The position numbers and the translations under genes are program-made. DNA of 64,000 nt from the human T2T-CHM13v2.0 reference genome, Homo sapiens, in NCBI RefSeq assembly GCF_009914755.1, contig NC_060928.1, one strand, 5' to 3'. The notes beneath the pieces were generated by a model. It searched no databases and was not told the DNA's origin. It saw nothing but the letters and a program-made list of their open reading frames with translations. This document shows, one piece after another, positions 1 to 11,669 of this stretch; within the stretch, counting starts at the first letter, position 1; each line of letters opens with the position of its first letter.

Positions 1-209
1 TAATTCCTAAAAGTATGCTTTAATCCCTATTTTTTTTTTCTCATTGCCATGGTCTCTTTTTCAGAAATGGGGTTCAGAAAACAAGGGCAGAATATGATGT
101 TTTGGATCAGACTAGAAGTTACTTTTCTCTATATCCTTAATGATAGTGCACTGTGAGACATTTCTTTGGCCAACAGTGAATCTAAGGTTAATTCTTTCAC
201 CTAATAAAA

Positions 210-432
210 AATTGAACATTTATTGAGGCCTACCATGTTTTAATCACTCAGCTAAGTATTTTACTTGCATCAGTCATTTTATCCTCACAAAAACTCTGTG
301 ATAGAACATTGGTTCTATTATTAACCCACATCACAGGCTAAGGAACAAGCAGGCTTGCCTAAATCATAGAGCTGGGATTCAAATCCGGGCAGTCTGACTT
401 CAGGGCCTTCACTCTTAAAAACTGCTGTACTG
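210..432 (-). mobile_element. MIR SINE remnant
   Basis: Reverse complement of MIR hallmarks: 'catttattgag...atcctcacaa...ctgggattcaaatcc...gtctgact...cactcttaa'. Confidence 0.75.
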
Positions 433-501
433 ATTACCTAACGTGAGACGCTATTCACCAAATGCATCTGTTCTCAGTGACATTAATTTAAACGTATTTA
501 A

Positions 502-850
<349 letters not shown>

Positions 851-1369
851 AAACCTCTATCTTTATGAAAACAAAATATTTGTCACCACCAAGATTCCAG
901 GCACTGTGTTAAGAATTAGAGATATATAGATGTAAATAGTGCAGAGATTTTTCCTTCCTCCTTCTCAAAGTCTGGTCATGGAAGAAATTTCTCTATATAC
1001 TTATTTATTGGATTGTACGGTTTTAAAATAACTGTGCAGGGTCATCTAAGATCATAAATTGAAATGAGCTCGAGAATAGTTCTTAGATGCGGCTGACATG
1101 AAAATCTTATTTAACGCAATAAGCACGAATGATATTTACACATGACTGTGTAGTGATAAATTATTCATATTGTTCCATAATAAAATTGCTGTGCCTTTTC
1201 ATCAAGCAGGGTATAATATCTGACTGACAGGTACATGATAATTTTAATCCTATAGTATCCTAATAAACTTTTCCTTCAGTTTACAATCTCAGTGGGCGCT
1301 ATAGGTACTAACGCAGTAGCCTTATGTGAAAAGCATTCTTATGGGATGATATAAAACAAACACACACAG

Positions 1370-1545
1370 GCTTGAGGGCTAGAAGGTAGTGTTTTTATAT
1401 CACATCTGACCTTATAAGCAGTGGGACATTAAGCTAGTTACTTACCCTTTCTGTGTTTAGTATTAAAGAATAATTGAGAGGTAAGTAAAGCACATGACAC
1501 CATGAGTGAGTAGCACCATGTCCATCACAGCATGGGCTCTCAGTG
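1370..1545 (+). mobile_element. MIR remnant lacking its core
   Basis: 'agcagtgggacattaagctagttacttaccctttctgtgt' resembles MIR 'agctgtgtgaccttgggcaagttacttaacctctctgtg'. Confidence 0.5.
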
Positions 1546-2608
1546 TACACAGTCTCTTTTGCTAAGCCCCCAGATCTTGCAGTATTCATGGTCAAATGCA
1601 AGGAGGCTTAGTATAATATCTACAAAAAATGCTGTTGTTAGTGTCATCGTAGAAATGTACTCGATGGGAATAATATTATAAAGTCAGAGTCAAGCAGACT
1701 TGACTCACGTCTTTCCCTTGTTTCATATTCTTTCCAGATCCCTGGAAGAGGTGGTCCTTTACCCTCATTCCATTGTGTTTTCCTACTGGAACTTTATAAT
1801 GGAGAAATGATATTCCTATGACTATGCCTAGCCCTGGAGGCATAGGGATGACTCTGCTTGGGTCTTTCCAGCTCAGATATGGTGCTTATTAGGGGAGCAT
1901 TCTAAAATACGAAAATTAAAGAACACACACCAGATGAGCCCTGATCTGAGTCACTAGCCTGATTATCTTTTCTTCTTGTCTATGGCCACTGAAATCTTCT
2001 GTCAAGGTTTTAAAATCCAACTTCTCATGAGACCACAGGCCCAGAAAGAGGACATGTCTTGCTCAGAACCTGGAGTGTAACTTGGGTGTTCTCACTTCCA
2101 AACTGTTTTTTACAGGCAACATGCTGTTAGCAATGTTCATGTGACTGGCATACAGTGAAACAGCCCTGTGGCCTGATCTCTGTACTGATTCACATGTAAG
2201 GAACTATCAGTCAAACAACTTTGAGCAATAATATATATCTTTACTGTGAGTTTTCCTTTAGGGAAAGCTCAGAGGATTTATAGGGTACTTTATTCAGCAT
2301 GACTTCTTAAAAATCATCTGGAGGTTTTTACCATCTACAGAGTAATTGTTATGGATCGTGTCCAGCCCCCACCCTCAATTCTCATGCACATGATGCCTCA
2401 GTGCTGTTCTCTTCCATCCACTTCCATCTACCCATCACCATTCCCTCTAGTGGGAAATATCATCCTTCTCTGACTCAGAAGCTTTTATTGCAAGAAACAG
2501 CTCCTCTAAAATTAGCAAAATAATGTCCTCATCACCTTATGTTGACTTGTATTTATGATTATTATGCATTTCAATCCTCTCCTACAAACTTATTAAAACA
2601 AGCAGTGG

Positions 2609-2900
<292 letters not shown>

Positions 2901-5900
2901 TAAAACAAGCAGTGGGACATTAAGCTAGTTATCTACCTTTTCTGTGTCCTCATCTGTCCAAACATGGATACATGTCTCTTACCTCATGTGGTATTAGAAG
3001 ATTTATAGGGCACTTTATTAGTGAAATTAGTTAAGTCATTGTTTTCTTGGGCAATAATTAGGGCAGGTGGGCTATTTCAATGAATAGCCAATGGAGCCAC
3101 TAAAACCTGACTCTCAATCATTGTCTACAAATAAAAGCACAAGGTATAAGGGTATAGTCAGGATTTCTAGCATGTTTGTGGTTTGAAGTTAGTACAACTT
3201 ACTGCATTTTGACTTTATTTATTCATTTATTTTGTTGTTGTTTTATATGTCTATTTTCTTTACTAGATCTTGAGAGGTTTGGGCCAGAGCTGGGTCTTAT
3301 TGTTTTTGTTCTGCAGGCCTAGTAGTTTACCTAGTATTGGCTGGCCACTCAGTAAATGTTCAGGAAAGAATGGATGGATAAACAGATGTAGATGTCCATG
3401 GAAACTATTTTTTTTTGTAGGTATTGAGTACAAGGCAGAGCAAGAGTAGCATAGATCTGACTTTCCTAAACATAATCTTTCCCTTCTTGACACCCATCAC
3501 CAGTGAACACAGACTCTTTACCCAAATTAACAGCCCACCAGCCCAAGATAATGGCACAAGTCTGAATTGAGTTGTGCTTATGATATCCCTCCCTCACAGA
3601 TCAGCCCACTCCTCCTTTAAAATTCTATGCAGGGACTGCGGTGCCAGCCAGCCCCTCTCATTCACTGTCTGGAAACACAGTGGCAGTTTTCCCTTTTGGC
3701 CTATTGTTAGAGTCAGCGGTGGCTAACAGATCCCATCTGCCTTACTCAGCTCTGTCATCCTCTTTGCATGGCCCTCAGCTGTGAGGGCACTTCTCAGCAA
3801 GGCTGGCTGGGGAGTAGTCACTCCCTCTTTCCCAGCTGCCTGTTTCCTGGAAAGCATGCCGGGTCTCCATTATCTCTTCTCTGTATAAGTAGTTAATCTA
3901 CCAGGCCAGTAAATTCTTTAGATTTTGCATACCACACAGTTTCAAAAGTAGTGTAGATCTGAGTTCCCCAAACCTGCTCCTTCCCTCCTTCACCTCCATC
4001 ACCAATAAACACAGGCTGTCTCTCTGCACTGAACGTTACCCAGCTGTGCACAGGGAGATAAATTAGCAATTTCCCAGCCAAACGGCTCAATAAGGGTGAG
4101 AGCATATTAACAAGATGGGCTGTGGCTGTAGCACCTAAGGTTGCAAATCCAGTTTTGGAAACACAAATGTACTTTAATACCATAAACAGATACCATAAAC
4201 TTTTTGAAAATTCCATATCCCTTATCTGATTGAGACTGATCCACGTTATCTCAACAGTTAGTGGCAATGCATTTTAAATGTAACAGGAGGCAAATCTAGA
4301 TACTTTATAGAATATAAGCACAAGGAAGGAATTTAAAAAAGCCAAACACTCTACTGGTTTATCTCAATTACAGTCTTTAGAAAAAATAAAGTGATTCCTA
4401 AAGAAAAATTTGACATAGTGGCCAGTTGATAGTTCTATGGCTCTTAATAATTTATATACCAAATTTCAGCTTTCAAATTAAATGAAATAAATTGATTTTA
4501 AAATTCAGTATAGTTTGAATCAAGATGAACTGATAAAAAAAAAGCAAAATAACTCTCAATGTTCTCAAAATTGCTTTCCACTAATATGAAAATAAAAGTG
4601 AAATTGGACATTGGATAAACAAATATGAATGTATAACATTTCACTACCAAACAAGCATTCTCCTTTTATAGGTGAAAGCAAACAGCTGCCTATTTACATT
4701 GTGATATGCACTGATGTGATTGCAAGGGCTTCTCACCTGGATACATAGCAGACATACCTGGCCCATGGGAATTTCCAAGAACCAGGTTTCCTCTGTCATG
4801 TTTGTCATGTTTTTTTTTTCCTAGTCCAAAGTTAACAACATCATATTTTTATACAAAGGCAGTGGTTCAATGAGTTAGCAATTACCTACATTTAAAGAAA
4901 ACTGACAGTGAATTAAATGCAACATATAGTCATTATTGAAGGAAATGAATCCAAAAACCAATTATTTTTAATACCAGTGTTATTACATTAGGTACTAGTA
5001 CCTAATGTATTAATAGTACCTAATGTATTAGCAGGTGGTTTGTAATCACCTGCTACATTTCATATTCACTTAGTATGTCACATTGCTAGTAAATTTATGT
5101 ATCATCAAATGTACAGCAGGAAGAAAATCTATCTTATTGAAAATAAAATTAATAGAAACCAAACGTGGTTTTTAAAATGCTAGTTCAAAGAAATTGTGAT
5201 TGTTTTATGTTTTTCTAAAGCTCATCGGGCACAAGGGTCATTTCTAAGAGCAACTTTGTAACATATTAAGTGAACATGCATAATAAGAAAGACTAAATTA
5301 TCCTGTGGTATCAATCATTGCATAATTTTGGAAAACTGCTGGTCTCCGGGCAATAGAAAAACAAGTACTACAGTCACAAATAAAATTCACAGAAATCGTC
5401 TCAGGATATTAAATTGCCTATAAAGCTCTTGTATAGTAGAAAGTGCCAACATATTAAATAACATCCAAGAAATGTGTACATGAGTTTTCCATCCAAGAGT
5501 CTAAAATGGAGCTACTTAATCAATGCCATAATTTTTTCATTTAATGATAGTTACTCTTCACATTAAATTCTAAACTCTCATCTTTTCATCTTTTATCTGT
5601 CCTAATTTCTTTTAAGAGAGTTTCCCCAACTTACAGTACTGTTGTATTACGCTAAATTAAATTACAAATAACTCTATTCACTGTCTAGTTAAATGACATT
5701 AAACAATGCAGGAACTATCTGGAGCTATGTTCCTTTTGGGTGCTGCCATCAATAAAACTAATTGGCAGTTCTAAAGCTTTTCAGTAATGTTTTTCTTTAT
5801 AATGATACCCTTAGAGTGATATAAGAGTCTCAATTGTTTTCATTTCTTCTCAAGTAAATATGCGTGGACTGCCTGTTATGCAAAGGCATGATATTGATGT

Positions 5901-7629
5901 TATCACAAAAAGACTAAATTACTTTAAAAATTAATAGTTAAATAAATCTTATAACAATTTGCAAAAAAAGGTAGCCAAAAATAGGCAGGTATCTTCAATC
6001 TTAATATTAAATAAATAAAAATTTTTTAAAATAAGTTAACATTTTTCAAACATCCCCAGCGATTAAACAAAATGCCATGTTGAGGATGTGATTGCTATAA
6101 TTGGTCCAACTTTCTTGAAGAACCATTTGGTTTTATGTTTTAAAGTACTAAAATGTGTGCTGTCCTTAATCTACAAATCTTATCTCTAAAAATATTTCCT
6201 AAGGAAATATTAACAAGTATGTAAACATTATTTATAAGTATTCCATTAAAGTTTTATTTATAGTACAAAAAATAAACATGGCTATCTATATATAAATAAT
6301 GTTTCATTCAAATAGTAAAGTAATGTTGACATTAAAATAACAATCTACAATATATATATTTGCTGGTAAGGAAGGATGCCTAAGTTTTATTTTGATTGAT
6401 AAGAGTAGGTAATACAGGTGGCAAATTATAAGCAATTTGTGTTAAAAAATGTTATATGTATATAGGGAGGTAGTTAAAATATATAAACCATTAAAATATT
6501 TAGAATGGTTTTCCCTGAATAATTGAGTTATAGGCAATCTTATTTTTCATCTCTATTTAGCAACTTTCTCTGATTTTCTATAGTAATTATGAATGTTGTA
6601 ATTTTTAAAAAATTTCCAAAATAAAAATTAACTTAGAAAACTAAGAATTCATTACTGGTTTATTTGTTCACTATCTACTCAAAAGATAACAAGCAAAGGT
6701 ATTTTATTTTACAGCTAAGCTTGAAATAAATTTTGTAAATTCTTTAAACACAATATTGTTTCACTTGCACAACAACATCCCTTACTTTCTCTAATAATCA
6801 TCCAAAGTTATCTTCTTCCACATAGTCTGTGGAACCATTTATAAGAACTCCCAGTCATAATTGGAAGGGCAGGCAGTAATAAAAGCAGACAAACTCCAAG
6901 AAATCATGAAAGATTTGAAGGAATTATCCCAGGAAGGGAAAAACAAGGAAGGCCTTCAAGGCAATCATCGGTACTGCAGCGACTCTCTGTCATTGTTACT
7001 AAGGGACATGATAAGAAAACACAAATGCAGTCTGGTAATCCCAGAAATGAGTTCTTGGCTGATCAGTAGTAAACCATCTTGTTTACTAGTAAAATGAATG
7101 CATACATTCTGTGTGTGATCTGTGTGACCTGTGAAGCAGAGCTTATCATTTCTTCCTGAAGCATCATTCCATCCCCGTCCACTGAGTGGAGACTCATGAT
7201 CAACATTTTCTCACTAGGAGTCATATTTTCCCAAACAGGATCCATGGAAAATTGACACATAAATGCCAAACACACATTGCAATATCATGGCATTCTATGT
7301 CCAAGGTCATGTCCCTGTGAACTGTAATCTATATAGATTATTAACCCCTAAATATGTAAATTTTATGAGGAGAGAATCCACATCTTATTCACCACTTACA
7401 CCTAGCACTACATAGAAGGAACATAATCAATTAATACTTACTGAATGCATGAGGATTGACTAATAGGTGAAATTATGAATTAAATTAAAAATTTGGGTTA
7501 TAAACTAAGAAGAAAGTACAATATTACATATACAATATGATTGCAGCTATGTGAAACATTTGCATCTGGGTAAGGTAATTTGCAAATATTTGCATATGAG
7601 GGGAAGAAGGGTGTGAATTGTTGGAGGGG

Positions 7630-7915
7630 GGCTCCTTTATTTCTTGTTTCTTCCATCCTATTTTCAAGAATAGAGATTTGATAATGAGTTCCATAGGCTT
7701 CTTTCAACCTTGAAGAAGAGAGTAGAACTGAGAGATGTCAAGAATAAAGAGTATGAAGTTAGAGGCCCTGAAAACTTCTTGGAGTTGCCACACCAGCCTT
7801 GGGCCAATTACTTTAGACTGCTTATCTAGGTTTTTATTTATTTAAGCCTGCACTCTCTGGGTTTTTTGGTTGGTTGGTTGTTTCTGCTGTATGCCTCTGA
7901 ACCTAATCCTAATCA
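7630..7915 (+). mobile_element. MLT1-type (ERVL-MaLR) LTR fragment
   Basis: 3' motifs 'ccacaccagccttggg...tatttaagcctgcac...gaacctaatcctaat'. Confidence 0.55.
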
Positions 7916-8967
7916 ATCTGTCATTCAAAAGAATCTAAGATTCATTCTATATTTAGCATAAATAAACAATTACAAGTGTTAATTATAATTTTAAACTAAA
8001 TACAAATATTTTTACTCATAACATAGCTTGTTATACTACATCACTGAATATCATATATTACTTTTAATATTCTAAATATGTTATTTATCAAAGTATTTAC
8101 CAAAATGAAAAATGGTACACTGCAATATTTTGTCATTGTTAGCAATCATTAAATTTAAAAGTTTTGTAAATAGTTAAACAGTTTCGGTTCATATTTTTCT
8201 TCTGTTTCCAGTTCATTTTCCACCCTAACAATCAGAGCAGTCACTTTTATTTTCAGTTTTTTCTCTTTGTTTCAGGACCATCATATTCCACTCATGGGAA
8301 CTGGCTAACTCTATTTAGTTTTGGCAGTCACAATATATGTTCCCAGGACAAACGGCCCATGTACACTGTGAATTGCATACACAATTCCCAGCTCAGAATA
8401 ATGCTACATGTTAACAAGCAGATGCATACAGCTGGCTTTTTAAAAGGCCTGGCAAAGTTCACTCTTTGTTCAGCTTTCCTAGGCTCAATTCTTACAGGAT
8501 TTTTCTGAATATTTTACATTGGTCTTACTTTATACTAGAAGATTTAAATTGAGAAAAAAAGAAAGCTAAACACACATGGTGCATATACAATCATTAAGTC
8601 CCAGAGTTTTTCTTTTTTAAGACTTGGATGATCCAAACTTCAATGTCACTATTTCTAGAAATAAATATTGCAGATGCTGCTGATAACAAATCAAGTATAA
8701 TGAGGCATTAAGAAATGTCAGAAATGTTTATTAAAATATGTGCTAATTATGTGGAATAAAAAGCAAAAAGTAGATTTTATTTTGGCGAGCCAGAGAGAAA
8801 ATATGGGTGCATGAAAGAAATGCAAACTTTGCAAAGATTCCAGCTTACTATACACAAGAAAAATAGCATGTAATTTTTAATATATTTTTTGTACCGATTC
8901 TATGCTACACAGTTAAAAGAGAGTAGCTTCTGCTTAAAAGTTTATAATGATCACAACTCAAATAGAC

Positions 8968-9045
8968 AAGAGGGAGGGAAGGAGTGAGGGAAGGAATGAA
9001 GGAAGGAAAGACGGAAGGAGGGGAGGGAGGGAGGGAGGGAGAAAA
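8968..9045 (+). repeat. Purine-rich (GGAA/GGGA) low-complexity tract
   Basis: 'gggagggaaggagtgagggaaggaatgaaggaaggaaagacggaaggaggggagggagggaggg'. Confidence 0.9.
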
Positions 9046-9644
9046 AACAGGTACAATGCTTTGCACGAGCAGTGTTACAATTAATTTCTCTAGCAAGCAT
9101 GAGTTTCCAGTGAATGCCAAGGACATCATTATTAGGTTATATATACATGAGCCATTAAAAACAGGTGTGCAATGTTCAGATATGATTCATAAGTTATATT
9201 TTAGTAATTTTTATTAACAATGTACATAAGGATATAAAAGTTAATTGATTTTGCACAAATTTTCATGACAATAGAATGTTTAGTTGGGAAATTTTTCACT
9301 AGGATAATGCATAACTCAGTGGTCACTAGTTATATCAAGCCAGTGGAATGACAGTTAACAATTTTTCAAAACTTTGATTACGAATATAGTCAGAAAAGGT
9401 AACACATAGGACAGTAAATTAAGAGTTAAAACTATAGGCTCAGTTCAATGATTCCTTCTCTAAAAAGCCTGTCCTTCAGCCTGACCTGCTTTCTCTGAAC
9501 AAACATGGCAGCTGATCTGTGCCTCTGACATGACACTGGAGTCTTCTAGCTCACATTAAAATTATGCGTAGGTAAATTTTACATGAGTCATTGTCCCAGC
9601 ATCCTACATAGTCTCTTTTCCCCCAATCTTGTTCCTCTTTAGTC

Positions 9645-9828
9645 TAGCTATTCTCAAACCTGAGCATACATTGGGATCATCTGAAAGATTTCTTAAAACA
9701 CATAGTGGTGGGCTCCTATCCCAACAGTTTTTGATTCTGAGGATCTAGAGGATCGAAAATTTGCATTTCAAACAAGATCCCAGGTGATGCTGATTCTATT
9801 GGTCCCAAAAACATTTGGAAAACCACTG
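9645..9828. mobile_element. MER5A-like hAT-Charlie MITE
   Basis: Termini 'ttctcaaa'...'gaaaaccactg'; internal 'tttgcatttcaaacaagatcccaggtgatgctgat'. Confidence 0.8.
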
Positions 9829-9887
9829 ATCTAATTTTTTCTCTACCCAGGAGACAGAGAGAGCTTTAAAAATACAGACCCAAGGAT

Positions 9888-10450
9888 TAAAAAAAAAATG
9901 TGGTATACATATACAATTGAAATACTAGTCAACCTTAACAAAGAATGAAATCCTGCCATTTGTGACAATCTGAATGAAACTGAAGGACATAATGCTAAGA
10001 TACACCAGACACAGGATAAATACTGTGGAATCCACTTACTTATATGAAGAATCTTAGAAATGGCAAACTCATAAAAGTAGAGAGTAGAATGGTGGTTGCC
10101 AGCTGCTGGGGAGGGGAAAATGGAAGGTGTCTGTCAAAAGACACAAGGTCTCAGTTTTGCAAGATGAATAGGTCCTACAGGTTTACCACACAGCATGGTG
10201 CCTACAGTTAACAATACTGTATTGTACACCTAAAAACTTGCTAAGAGGGTTGATCTTAAGTGTTCTTATCACAAATAATAATAATAACAATAATAAAAGA
10301 AGAAGAAGGAACCTTTAGAGGTGATGGATAGGTTTATGGCATTGATTGTGATGGTGATTTCATAGGCATATACTTACCTTCAAACTCATTAAGTTGTATA
10401 CATTAAATATGCATAGCTTTTTGTATAGCAATAATTCCTCAATACAGTGA
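9888..10450 (+). mobile_element. L1M (L1MB-like) 3' end
   Basis: 'aaaatgtggtatacatatacaa...gaatgaaatcctgccatttgtgacaa...gagagtagaatggtggttgccag...ttaacaatactgtattgtac'. Confidence 0.85.
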
Positions 10451-10519
10451 ATATATATAGTTGAGAAAAAACAGTTCTAATATCTTAAGTAGTTTAAATA
10501 GAAAATACTTCTTTAATTC

Positions 10520-11090
10520 CAACCCACTTTTCTGCTGAAGCCTATTTCTCACCAGCTCCTCCATCACACTCCAGAAGCAGCCATATTAAACTTTTTTTGG
10601 ATTCTCAAATGCAGTAAGTTTTCTTTCTCTTCGGAGCCTTTATGTATGTTCTCCCTGCAGCACTTATTTCTGCCTTCAACTGGCTAACTCCTGCTCATGT
10701 TTCATGTATCAGACATATCTTGTTTCAAGAAGCCTTCCCTATCTACAAAGGAGGTGCCACTCCTATGAGTTCCCTAAGAAGTCTACTTCCCATGTCAGCC
10801 TGGCAACAAAACCATAGGTTTTCACTCTGTTATCCAATCCATGATGGATAGAGGCAGCAACTATTTAGTTCACTGCCATGTAACACAGGACCTGATATGT
10901 ACTGGCTGCTCAAGAAAAATTTGCAGAATGAATGAATAATTGAATAAGTGAATGGACAAATAAATGTCCTGGCTGAACTAGCAGACTGTAAATTTACAGA
11001 ATAAAGAACTTGGTGTCTGAATCTTTGTCTCCTTCATAGCATCTGGAATAGTTCCTTGTGTATAAGCACTATCTAGTGATGATTGGGTAA
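10520..11090 (+). mobile_element. L2 LINE 3' fragments
   Basis: 'ctggctaactcctgctcat...agaagccttccct...gaatgaatgaat' L2 tail. Confidence 0.65.
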
Positions 11091-11193
11091 AAGAAGAGGT
11101 AGATAAATATAGAAATAGATGAAGTGTGGCGTGTGGTAACAGGACACAGAGCCAAATACCTAGATGTGGTTATAGTATTTGAAAAAGCTAGAT

Positions 11194-11474
11194 AGCCAGG
11201 CACAGTGGCTCACCCCTGTAATCCCAGTACTTTGGGAGGCCAAGGCAGGAGGATCACTTGAGACCAGGAGTTCAGGGCCAGCATGGGCAACGTGGCGAAA
11301 CCCTGTCTATTCAAAAAAGTTTGCCAGGTATGGTGGCATGCACTTGTAGTCCCAGCTACTCAGAACGTTGAGGTGAGAGGATCACTTGAGGTTGGGAGGT
11401 CCAGGGCAGTGAGCCATGATCATGCCACTGCACTCCAGCGTGGGTGTCAGGGTAAGATGCTGTCTCACAAAAAT
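11194..11474 (+). mobile_element. AluJ-type SINE
   Basis: 'agccaggcacagtggctcac...ggaggatcacttgagaccaggagttc...gtgagccatgatcatgccactgcactccagc'. Confidence 0.95.
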
Positions 11475-11540
11475 AAGAAGAAGGAAGAAGAAGGAAGAGA
11501 AGAAGAAGAAGAAGAAGAAGAAGAAGAAGAAGAAGAAGAA

Positions 11541-11587
<47 letters not shown>

Positions 11588-11669
11588 AGAAGAAGGAGGA
11601 GGAGGAGGAGGAGGAGGAGGAGGAGGAGGAGGAGAAGAAAGGGGGGAGGGGGAGGGGGGAGGGGAGAAG
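11475..11669 (+). repeat. Compound (GAA)21 GAG (GAA)10 (GGA)13 microsatellite within a 195-nt pure-purine tract
   Basis: Counted directly: GAA 11499-11561, GAG, GAA 11565-11594, GGA 11595-11633, then G-runs. Confidence 0.97.

Noticed and set aside
2441-2456. CTCF-like CCACTAGAGGGA on the minus strand
   Set aside because: Lacks the conserved C after GGG
3893-4267. 124-aa minus-strand ORF
   Set aside because: Non-ATG start, no recognisable domain or supporting exon structure
11475-11669. Possible identity with the FXN or FGF14 disease GAA loci
   Set aside because: Flanks do not match those loci as I recall them; here the repeat is in the 3' tail of an AluJ
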